A stretch of 60,355 nt of DNA from a virus. Within the stretch, counting starts at the first letter, position 1; each line of letters begins with the position of its first letter. The translations under genes were made by a program, and so were the position numbers. Location of the stretch: the IMG/VR virus record IMGVR_UViG_3300046791_000086, positions 1 through 60,355 of that record; one strand, written 5' to 3'. A model generated the notes under the pieces. The model ran no database searches. It was not told the origin of the DNA and was given only the letters and a program-made list of their open reading frames with translations. Of this stretch, positions 33,203 to 40,506 are shown piece by piece.

Positions 33203-34669
33203 TTGCCACTGATTCAAACGGCTGACCTTCGCCCCGGCGAACCGACACCCCACCAGCACCAAGTCTACAACGGGCTGGATTGCTGTCTTACCTTGGAAAT
33301 CTTTGAAGAGATCTCCAAGACCCATAACTATATCCCCGAGGTCTACACCTTCGCCCGCGCCATGCAAGGCCCAGCCTTGGAAATGATGTTGCGAGGGTTT
33401 CTTATTGACCAAGAGGCTAGAGAGAAAGCCATCCTGCGGCTCAAGGACTTGATCGCCAAGTACGATGTCGCCTTGCAGCGTCTGGCCGCGGTGGTCTGGG
33501 GCAAGTCCCTGAACCCGCGCAGCACCAAGCAGCTTCTTGAGTTCTTCTACTCTAGAATGCGGCTGCCAGAGCAATGGATAAGTCAAAAAGGCGTAAAGAA
33601 GCTCTCCATGAACCGCGAAGTCCTGGAGAAGTTGGAAGTCTATATGTACCCCCGACCAATTATCAGCTGCATCTTGTCCATAAGAGACCTGGCCAAAGAA
33701 CTCCAGACCCTGGAGTCTGAAGTCGATCCAGACGGCAGGATGCGGACCTCGTACAACATCGTCGGCACGGAGACAGGGCGTTGGAGCAGTAGCCAATCCT
33801 CTGAAGGCACTGGCCTCAACGCCCAGAACATCAAGCGCAAGCTGCGCAGCATCTTCATTGCGGACCCCGGCTGGAAGCTCTGCGGCATTGACCTAGAACA
33901 AGCCGAAAGCCGCGAAGTTGGCTGGCTATGCGGCACACTCTTTGGTGATTGGAGCTATCTTGATGCGTGTTTATCTGGTGATCTGCACACTCTCACTTGT
34001 CGCCTCATATGGGATAAATTACCATGGACTGGCGAGCTTAAACAAGACAGGAAAATTGCCGAGCAAATTTTCTACCGTGAGTTTACCTATCGTGATATGT
34101 CTAAACGCGGTGGGCACGGCAGCAATTATTACGGAACTCCTTTCACAATGGCTCGGCACCTGAAAGTCCCACAGAAGCTAATGATAGACTTTCAAGCCAA
34201 ATACTTCACCGCCTTCCCAGGTATACAAAAGTGGCACCGCTGGGTTGCCCAAGAGATCCAAACCACTCGCACTCTAACCACGGTCTTTGGCCGCGAGCGC
34301 ACGTTCTTTGGCCGCGCAAACGACGACACCACGCTCCGCGAAGCCATCGCCTACGCGCCGCAGTCCTCCACTGGCGACCGCCTTAACCTCGCCCTCTGGC
34401 GCATATGGCACAACATGAAAAACGTCCGCCTCTGCGCCCAGGTTCATGACGCGGTTTACTTCCAGTACCCGGAGTCTGCCGATGAGGCCCAGATCATTAG
34501 CCAAGCCCTTGGTTACATCTCCACCCCTCTTCACGACCCCAAGTCTGGGCGAAGCTATAACGTCCCCGGCGAGGCCAAGGTCGGCTGGAACTGGGGAGAC
34601 TTTGACAAAACTTCTAATCCGCTTGGGCTCTCTAAGTGGCGTGGCACAGATGACAGAAAAAGGCTTTAG
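33203..34669 (+). CDS. DNA polymerase A, part 2: Exo III motif plus polymerase domain
   Basis: VYNGLDCCLTLEI (Exo III YxxxD). CGIDLEQAESRE (motif A). MSKRGGHGSNYYG (motif B). AQVHDAV (motif C). The only upstream in-frame start is TTG at 33203, with no SD. Confidence 0.85.
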   Translation: MPLIQTADLRPGEPTPHQHQVYNGLDCCLTLEIFEEISKTHNYIPEVYTFARAMQGPALEMMLRGFLIDQEAREKAILRLKDLIAKYDVALQRLAAVVWGKSLNPRSTKQLLEFFYSRMRLPEQWISQKGVKKLSMNREVLEKLEVYMYPRPIISCILSIRDLAKELQTLESEVDPDGRMRTSYNIVGTETGRWSSSQSSEGTGLNAQNIKRKLRSIFIADPGWKLCGIDLEQAESREVGWLCGTLFGDWSYLDACLSGDLHTLTCRLIWDKLPWTGELKQDRKIAEQIFYREFTYRDMSKRGGHGSNYYGTPFTMARHLKVPQKLMIDFQAKYFTAFPGIQKWHRWVAQEIQTTRTLTTVFGRERTFFGRANDDTTLREAIAYAPQSSTGDRLNLALWRIWHNMKNVRLCAQVHDAVYFQYPESADEAQIISQALGYISTPLHDPKSGRSYNVPGEAKVGWNWGDFDKTSNPLGLSKWRGTDDRKRL

Positions 34670-34698
34670 CCCTTCGTCGGGCTTGGGGGCAAACGGCA

Positions 34699-35895
34699 GT
34701 GGATTTTATTTCCTCCTTCATGGAGTACACCAAGGGTTCACCAACAGCGGACATCTTCCGCCTATGGTCTGCAATCTCCTGCGTAGCAACATGCTTAGAA
34801 CGACGTACCTGGACGGTGATCTTGCATGAGCCCATATACCCAAATATGTTTATCCTGCTGGTCGGAGGACCAGGCGCTGGCAAGACACCTGCCATTAATC
34901 CCGTTCGGAAGCTTATTCGCTCCAACCCCAAACTTAATGTCTCCGCCGACAGTCTTACAAAAGCTGGTTTCTTCGATGCAATGGAGTCTGCTGCTAAAAA
35001 GATACCCCTTGGAGGACAGTTCATCGAGTTCGCCTCCTTGGCTGTTATCGCGGATGAACTGGGAATGTTTATGAGCGCCTATGACAAGGACTTCGTATCG
35101 TCTATAACTGGAGCGTATGACGGGCGAGATGTCATGGGCGAGCAGAGGCGCGCCTCGCTTGGCGCTCGCAAGCGCGTGGACATCATCAACCCCCTACTAA
35201 ACATCTTGGCTGGCTCCCAGCCCGGCTTCATGACCGATCTCCTTCCAGATGAAGTCTGGAACATGGGCTTCACAGCGCGCATCGTCATGGTCTACTCTGC
35301 TGAGCGCCAGTACCCGGACCTCACCTTCGGAGCCCTTAACGGCGACGACCGCCCCGGCCAGTGGCGAGTTCTTATGGCCGAGATACTTCGCATGTCTAAG
35401 CTCTTCGGAGCGTTTACTTGGGAACCCGACGCGGCCAAGGAACTTGCCCAGTGGGTAAAGGCAGGTTGTTACCCGGAGCCTGAACACCATAAGCTCATCT
35501 GGTACAACCCCAAGCGCGGGGTGCATGTCTCTAAGCTGGCTATGCTTAGCTGCGCCTCGCGGGGCGATACCATGGTCATTACGCTGCGCGACTTAGAGCG
35601 TGCTAGGAACTGGCTCCTACATGTCGAGACCCTGATGCCAAGTATCTTCCGAGACATGAAAGGCAAGTCTGACAGCCAGGTTCTCAATGAATGCTTCCAG
35701 CATCTTTGGCGGCTCTATGCCGCGGACAGAAAAGCAATTCACGAGGCCGCCGTGTTGGCGTTCTTGATGGACCGCACCCCCAGCCAGAATGTCCCTCGGC
35801 TCCTGGAGCTTTTGGAAAAGACCGGCATGGTTTCTAGAGACTTCGGCACCAAGCTCTACACACCGCGTCCCAAGCATTTGCATGGAATGGAGTAA
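34699..35895 (+). CDS. DUF3987-like P-loop NTPase (candidate replicative helicase)
   Basis: 398 aa. LLVGGPGAGKTPAI Walker A, ADELGMF Walker B-like. N-terminal pattern resembles DUF3987. Start GTG 34699 or ATG 34720. Confidence 0.5.
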   Translation: MDFISSFMEYTKGSPTADIFRLWSAISCVATCLERRTWTVILHEPIYPNMFILLVGGPGAGKTPAINPVRKLIRSNPKLNVSADSLTKAGFFDAMESAAKKIPLGGQFIEFASLAVIADELGMFMSAYDKDFVSSITGAYDGRDVMGEQRRASLGARKRVDIINPLLNILAGSQPGFMTDLLPDEVWNMGFTARIVMVYSAERQYPDLTFGALNGDDRPGQWRVLMAEILRMSKLFGAFTWEPDAAKELAQWVKAGCYPEPEHHKLIWYNPKRGVHVSKLAMLSCASRGDTMVITLRDLERARNWLLHVETLMPSIFRDMKGKSDSQVLNECFQHLWRLYAADRKAIHEAAVLAFLMDRTPSQNVPRLLELLEKTGMVSRDFGTKLYTPRPKHLHGME

Positions 35896-35899
35896 GAAG

Positions 35900-36262
35900 A
35901 TGGCCAGAAGAGACTACAGCCGGGCGTATCCTGAGGGCTTCCCGCCCGGCAAGTACAACCAGAGCCCTGACGACGCACGTAGCAACGACCCAAACACACC
36001 CTTAGAGGAGCCCACCACCATGCCCTTTGTTAAGAGACTTTTCTGCAAAGACTGCAAGCACTATTACCACCGGGAATTTTCTCCCAGCGCACAGTACACC
36101 GGCGCGGCGCTGATAGAGCACCAGTGCAACGTAGTTATCTCCATGGTCACTGGCGAGCCAGATATTCGTGACGCCGAGGCTATGCGTCGGGGAACGTATG
36201 TAGATGCAAGCTGTGGTTCCGAAGCACTCTACTTTGAGAAGAAAAAGGAGACAGGCACATGA
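35900..36262 (+). CDS. Hypothetical protein (120 aa)
   Basis: Internal ATG of track ORF 35789..36262, 5 nt after the upstream stop. Confidence 0.55.
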   Translation: MARRDYSRAYPEGFPPGKYNQSPDDARSNDPNTPLEEPTTMPFVKRLFCKDCKHYYHREFSPSAQYTGAALIEHQCNVVISMVTGEPDIRDAEAMRRGTYVDASCGSEALYFEKKKETGT

Positions 36263-36495
36263 AAAACCAGTCCATCGACAAAGAAGCCCTGCGGCTTAAC
36301 GCTGATCTCTTGCGCCGGGGCGCGGAGGAAATCAAGCGCCTTCGCCACCGGCTACAGATCGCCGAAGCTCAGATCGACGTTCTAAACCTCTTCGCCACGG
36401 TCTTGCACACGCAGCCCTGCGTCCAGCCACCCCGAGTCGAGACCCAGGACATTGCGTACTCGATGCTGCGCCGCGCGGAGGTCTTGGAGTCATGA
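36259..36495 (+). CDS. Hypothetical protein (78 aa)
   Basis: ORF track. ATGA overlap. Confidence 0.6.
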   Translation: MKNQSIDKEALRLNADLLRRGAEEIKRLRHRLQIAEAQIDVLNLFATVLHTQPCVQPPRVETQDIAYSMLRRAEVLES

Positions 36496-36806
36496 TCCAG
36501 CAAGAGACCGCCAAGGCTGGACTGGGATTAGTATTCGGCGCGCACGGTGTTGCTGAGCGTGTCGGCAAGCTTCCCCGTGACGGCAAGATAGGCCATTGCA
36601 CTGTTGCACTTGAGCTAGGCGATTGGGATATAGTCCTTGCCGCCCTTCGCCTCCTCGAACCCGTCGCAGCGGGAACGCATGTGATTGTGCCGAGGGAGCC
36701 GACAGCGAAGATGCTTGTCCACGGTAGAAATGAGTCAGGTAATTATTCTGACGCTGCCATTGTCTACCGCGCCATGATCGCCGCAGCACAGGAGGAAACG
36801 CCATGA
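36492..36806 (+). CDS. Hypothetical protein (104 aa)
   Basis: ORF track. ATGA overlap. Confidence 0.6.
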   Translation: MIQQETAKAGLGLVFGAHGVAERVGKLPRDGKIGHCTVALELGDWDIVLAALRLLEPVAAGTHVIVPREPTAKMLVHGRNESGNYSDAAIVYRAMIAAAQEETP

Positions 36807-37270
36807 GCGACATTGAACTACTTGAATACTGTGGTGCCGACGCATATCGCTGGGCGGAAAAGTTCTGCGAGACAGCTAAGACACTAGGTCACGATAACAT
36901 TGACCATGGCTGGATGATCGGCTGGTTTGCCAATGCAATTGAACGGGCTGACCAGATACGCGGTAAGACCCGCAACGACGAGATCGAGCGCCTCACCCGC
37001 GAGCTTGCCTTAGCAAAGGCCCTTGACGATAGGCGCGTAATGGCCATCAATGCGATGATTAAGGAAAAAGATGAACTCACTCGCGAGCTGGCAGAAGCAA
37101 GAACCGTAACATGGTCAGAAGGTCCAGCTCTTACATTTCAGGGAGCCGTGGACGAAATTGAACGCTTGAAGCGCGAGCTTGCGGTGGCAAAAGAAAACGC
37201 TGATCGCGGCTATCTTGAAGGCTATGGGAAAGGCAAAGCTGCAGCCATCCGCGCACTGGAGAAGCCATGA
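36803..37270 (+). CDS. Hypothetical coiled-coil protein (155 aa)
   Basis: ORF track. ATGA overlap. Internal repeats EIERLTRELALAK / EIERLKRELAVAK. Confidence 0.6.
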   Translation: MSDIELLEYCGADAYRWAEKFCETAKTLGHDNIDHGWMIGWFANAIERADQIRGKTRNDEIERLTRELALAKALDDRRVMAINAMIKEKDELTRELAEARTVTWSEGPALTFQGAVDEIERLKRELAVAKENADRGYLEGYGKGKAAAIRALEKP

Positions 37271-37401
37271 TTGAAAAAATCCTTCGCTTCTTTGGTATCT
37301 GTCTGCACGATTGGCGACCGATCGAAACAGAGTTATCGGAAAGCATTTGGACTATCGGTATCAAATGCAGGAAGTGCGGAGAAATGCGGGTGTTCAAATG
37401 A
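37267..37401 (+). CDS. Small Cys/His protein (44 aa)
   Basis: Own translation MIEKILRFFGICLHDWRPIETELSESIWTIGIKCRKCGEMRVFK. ATGA overlap with the upstream stop. Confidence 0.4.
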   Translation: MIEKILRFFGICLHDWRPIETELSESIWTIGIKCRKCGEMRVFK

Positions 37402-37578
37402 CCATCACCCTCCCCGATGAAGCCGTGGAAGCGGGAGCAAAGACGATACTCAAGACTGGCAGAATATCCCCGTCCTCATCATCCGCCTCGATCCAAGAAA
37501 GGAGCCCCAAAACACAGAGCCCTGAGCCCACTATTCCCCATCCATCCAGCCCATCAGTCCTCAACCAAGGAGCCTTCC

Positions 37579-37821
37579 ATGCCAGACCTTCCCAACACCA
37601 TTACTCTCCACGGCCTCAACACCGGCCTTATCAAGCTCTTCGAACGTGTCCAGGAGGTAAGAACCAGCCTCGTCAATGACCAGACCGCGGCAATGAAACA
37701 TCTGCAAGACATGATGGATCAGGTGCATGAGCGGTACACAAACGCTATCTTGCTCCTGGACGACCTGACCGGAGACCTTGCGCCCCCGACGCCTACCGCA
37801 GCCACCGAGCCTACGCTCTAG
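37579..37821 (+). CDS. Hypothetical protein (80 aa), last plus-strand gene
   Basis: Internal ATG of track ORF 37417..37821, preceded by AAGGAG. Confidence 0.6.
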   Translation: MPDLPNTITLHGLNTGLIKLFERVQEVRTSLVNDQTAAMKHLQDMMDQVHERYTNAILLLDDLTGDLAPPTPTAATEPTL

Positions 37822-37831
37822 ACCAATAAAA

Positions 37832-37852
37832 ATGGGGGCAAGTTGCCCCCAT
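37832..37852. terminator. Bidirectional terminator between the convergent arms
   Basis: 8-bp stem ATGGGGGC / GCCCCCAT with a 5-nt loop. TTT follows on the plus strand and TTTTATT follows on the minus strand. Lies between the stops at 37821 (+) and 37858 (-). Confidence 0.65.
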
Positions 37853-37857
37853 TTCCT

Positions 37858-38235
37858 CTATTTCTTTGAAGCCCCTTTCAGCTCCACTTTCGCCTGATGC
37901 TTTGTTTCATCAGGCTTCGCGTCCGCCTCCTTTGACACTGGCACAGGCGCTGGTTCCACGTAGTTCATGCACAGCGTCGGACGCATGGTCTTATTAACTG
38001 CATTGATAAGAGCCACCGCCGCCGAGATGCCAGGGCCGTAGCCCCTGATGTGCCGGATAGCTGGAGCAATCTCCTCCAGAAAATTATCCAGCAGCGCCTG
38101 ATCCGCACAGTAGTCGCTCTTCGTGCCGTCAAGGCCATGAGCACCAATATGCGAAGCCGCGGTGTTGTGCTGGCTCACCGCAACACTTCTCTCCGCGGTG
38201 TACGCAGTCATAAACTTATCATACTCGTTTTCCAT
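37858..38235 (-). CDS. Hypothetical protein (125 aa), last late-arm gene
   Basis: ORF track. AAGGAG upstream. Confidence 0.6.
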   Translation of the reverse strand: MENEYDKFMTAYTAERSVAVSQHNTAASHIGAHGLDGTKSDYCADQALLDNFLEEIAPAIRHIRGYGPGISAAVALINAVNKTMRPTLCMNYVEPAPVPVSKEADAKPDETKHQAKVELKGASKK

Positions 38236-38279
38236 GATAGTCTCCTTTCAGAAAGCCGGGGAACCGCCCGGCGCGGAAG

Positions 38280-38498
38280 CTAGCCCCCGCACAGTTTCTT
38301 ATACTTTGTCCTAAGAGCCAAGATCGCTTCCTTCCGCTGGCGAGTTAGCGCGGCAATCTCTGGATCGGTGAGCCCCCGCAAGGCGATGATATTTGGCCCA
38401 GCCGCCTGGCAGAAGTCACTAACCACAGGTGGCGGGGGCGGAGTCTGGCAAACAAACACCACCAGCAAGCCAACACAGACTTGAGAATAGAGTTTCAT
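38280..38498 (-). CDS. Putative o-spanin-like lipoprotein (72 aa)
   Basis: MKLYSQVCVGLLVVFVCQTPPPPP: signal-like segment, Cys, Pro-rich stretch. ATGA overlap with the upstream gene. The lipobox is non-canonical. Confidence 0.45.
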   Translation of the reverse strand: MKLYSQVCVGLLVVFVCQTPPPPPVVSDFCQAAGPNIIALRGLTDPEIAALTRQRKEAILALRTKYKKLCGG

Positions 38499-38713
38499 TG
38501 GTCGCCTCTAAGTGCGGCGTTCAGGTCCGCATCGGTAAGGGCCTTGACCTCGGCATCCACTTGAGCCACCAAGCCAAGCCTCTGCTGCAGCTGGGCTAGT
38601 GACCGCGCAGTTTCCTGCGCGGCCCCTGCATCCAGAAGCTGCTTGTCCTTTACATACCCGGCGATAGCATTCGCCAGGCTCAGGACTACTTTCAACAGCC
38701 CTAGCCATCCCAT
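38495..38713 (-). CDS. Putative i-spanin-like membrane protein (72 aa)
   Basis: Internal ATG of track ORF 38495..38956, 1 nt after the upstream stop. N-terminal TM segment (GWLGLLKVVLSLANAIAGYV) then a helical Gln/Ala/Leu-rich region. Confidence 0.4.
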   Translation of the reverse strand: MGWLGLLKVVLSLANAIAGYVKDKQLLDAGAAQETARSLAQLQQRLGLVAQVDAEVKALTDADLNAALRGDQ

Positions 38714-38714
38714 G

Positions 38715-39029
38715 TTACGGCCTCGCGACTTCGGCTGGAGTCGTTGTGCCGACGCCTGAGTGCGGATCGTTTTCTGGCAGCACCACAGCCTTCTGGCCGA
38801 AGAGATTAGCCAGCGGGCCGCCCGCGCCAATGAGCTTTGCCACAAAGGCAAACGCGCCGAAGGCGATGCTGGCAAAGCCCATGATCGCCGGAGAGAAGAG
38901 CGTAGAGCTGCAAGTCGCAGCCATGTCCGCCGCTCCGGCGTGGCACCCCAGCACACTGGTCATCACCCCCAGCACCACGGAAAGTATCGCAGCGATGGTA
39001 GAGGCCGCAGTTGTCCAACTAAAAGTCAT
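38715..39029 (-). CDS. Holin-like multi-TM protein (104 aa)
   Basis: ORF track. AAGGAAGAGG upstream. Two to three hydrophobic segments. Sits beside the endolysin gene. Confidence 0.55.
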   Translation of the reverse strand: MTFSWTTAASTIAAILSVVLGVMTSVLGCHAGAADMAATCSSTLFSPAIMGFASIAFGAFAFVAKLIGAGGPLANLFGQKAVVLPENDPHSGVGTTTPAEVARP

Positions 39030-39116
39030 TGTGTTACCTCTTCCTTACTCACCGGGGGAACCGCCCCGGCACGGCCTTACAAGGGCCACAGGAGGCCCTA
39101 TCGCGCGGCCATGGGG

Positions 39117-39665
39117 TTATCCATGGTCTTTGTCAATCAAGGCCCCCTTGGCCTTTATCAAATACGCCCTGCGGTCGGCCAAACCATTCAGCCCGCCGTT
39201 GATTTTTCTCGTGATCGCCAGCACATCATCATGGTCCGCCAAGGCACTAAGCCCCCGGCTCTGCCAGTACAGCCCCGCGATCCTTGTCGCCACGTCTGGG
39301 TTCGCCGCCAAGTCCGGGTCGCCCTCAAGATTGAGTTCTAGCTTCTGCCCGATGACATGGTAATTCGCCCGGCCAGTTAGCTGAAATATCCCCCGGCCTC
39401 GATACTTGAACCCATCCCCAGGCTTTATATTTCCCAAGTCCTTTCGTCCCTCGTAGCCCTTCTGCGCCGCTGTCGGCCCCCAATACTCATGCAGGGTTCT
39501 AAAGCCAGCACTCTCATGCGCCGCTTGGGCCAGGAAGTGCGCCTCGCGCAGATGATTGTCAATGCCGTATTCTATAAGATGCTTGGCAAACGCCTTGGCC
39601 AGTTCATCCATAATCTCCGCGTTGCCCTTCGGAGCAACGATCTTCATAGCCTCTCTGCTTATCAT
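39117..39665 (-). CDS. Endolysin, glycoside hydrolase family 19 (chitinase-like)
   Basis: Internal ATG of track ORF 39117..39845 after AGGAG. AHFLAQAAHESAGF...YEGRKDLGN...YRGRGIFQLTGRANY is the GH19 signature. Confidence 0.85.
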   Translation of the reverse strand: MISREAMKIVAPKGNAEIMDELAKAFAKHLIEYGIDNHLREAHFLAQAAHESAGFRTLHEYWGPTAAQKGYEGRKDLGNIKPGDGFKYRGRGIFQLTGRANYHVIGQKLELNLEGDPDLAANPDVATRIAGLYWQSRGLSALADHDDVLAITRKINGGLNGLADRRAYLIKAKGALIDKDHG

Positions 39666-39760
39666 ATCCAAGCTCCTACAATTAACGCCATCATCACAAG
39701 CGACAGCAACGCCCCCGCCACCACCATCAGCCACGCTGTCCAAAGCATCTGCTTTGTCAT
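39662..39760 (-). CDS. 32-aa single-TM micro-ORF in the lysis cassette
   Basis: Own translation MTKQMLWTAWLMVVAGALLSLVMMALIVGAWI. ATGA overlaps at both ends (with 39757..40212 and with the endolysin ATG). Confidence 0.45.
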   Translation of the reverse strand: MTKQMLWTAWLMVVAGALLSLVMMALIVGAWI

Positions 39761-40212
39761 GGGGCTTTCCTAAGTGTAAAATCCAGCACCGGCAATTCCA
39801 CGATCTGTGGAAAGAGCCTCTGGACAAAATTACACTGCCACTCAACCACTACGTGGTATTCCGCTGGGCCGGGGTCTGCATAGTCTGGTATCGGTATGGC
39901 CCTCAGCACATGCACTGGCGGCACGTCAGTATACGGAACCCCAGGCTTGTACTCAGACTCGCTGTAAACCCTCGTGCCCTCGCCATCGTAGACTGTTCTG
40001 TAAATCAGCGCATTGCACGTAGTCGGTGTTGTAAGGCCGTTGGTAATAACCAGCCTCTCTCCCGGTGCAACAACTGGCGTCTGCACACGACGGTTATTCG
40101 TGGGCTCTGGATGAGAGGCATCCAGCAGAGCAATAAACATCAGCAGCAACCCAAACGCCGCCAAGATAAACGCAGCAGCCATTAGCCTCCCTAGTGTAAT
40201 CATCTCTGCCAT
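39757..40212 (-). CDS. N-terminally membrane-anchored protein (151 aa)
   Basis: ORF track. TM segment LMAAAFILAAFGLLLMFIALL. Function unknown. Confidence 0.6.
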   Translation of the reverse strand: MAEMITLGRLMAAAFILAAFGLLLMFIALLDASHPEPTNNRRVQTPVVAPGERLVITNGLTTPTTCNALIYRTVYDGEGTRVYSESEYKPGVPYTDVPPVHVLRAIPIPDYADPGPAEYHVVVEWQCNFVQRLFPQIVELPVLDFTLRKAP

Positions 40213-40478
40213 CCTATCAGATACATGAGCATTCCTACGAAGCCAATAAGAATAAGCCCCGCCATGCCATAAACAATAGTCTTGACTGGCGTGAACTCTT
40301 CTCGCGAGACATAGTTCCTGGTAATGTCGTCGTCTATTCGGTCGAGCCTCATCCCAGTCTCCGTCCGAAATTGCTCCATCTTCGAGCCAGTCTCTGAACG
40401 GAACTGGTCCACCTGGCGGCCAAGGTTATCCAAACGCTCCATCAGAACGTCTGGACTTGGTGGTCTGACTGCGTTCAT
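40200..40478 (-). CDS. C-terminally membrane-anchored coiled-coil protein (92 aa)
   Basis: Internal ATG of track ORF 40200..40526 after AAAGGAA. C-terminal TM segment IVYGMAGLILIGFVGMLMYLIGW. Confidence 0.5.
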   Translation of the reverse strand: MNAVRPPSPDVLMERLDNLGRQVDQFRSETGSKMEQFRTETGMRLDRIDDDITRNYVSREEFTPVKTIVYGMAGLILIGFVGMLMYLIGWQR

Positions 40479-40506
40479 TTTCAAGTTATTCCTTTCGCCG
40501 CTCGGA

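Noticed and set aside
33064-33225. 53-codon ORF (MEAKLDYNLEWDRFELTVKLF...) between the DUF1937-like gene and polymerase part 2.
   Set aside because: It has no SD and overlaps the TTG start of polymerase part 2 in another frame. Coding status is undecidable from sequence alone. It is mentioned under the split-polymerase finding.
37398-37679. ATGA-coupled ORF MTITLPDEAVEAGAKTILKTGRI..., in frame with track ORF 37311..37679.
   Set aside because: After about 25 codons it becomes Ser/Pro/His-rich. It also overlaps the well-supported gene 37579..37821 by 100 nt. There may be a short real gene or a frameshifted one, but I cannot define its end.
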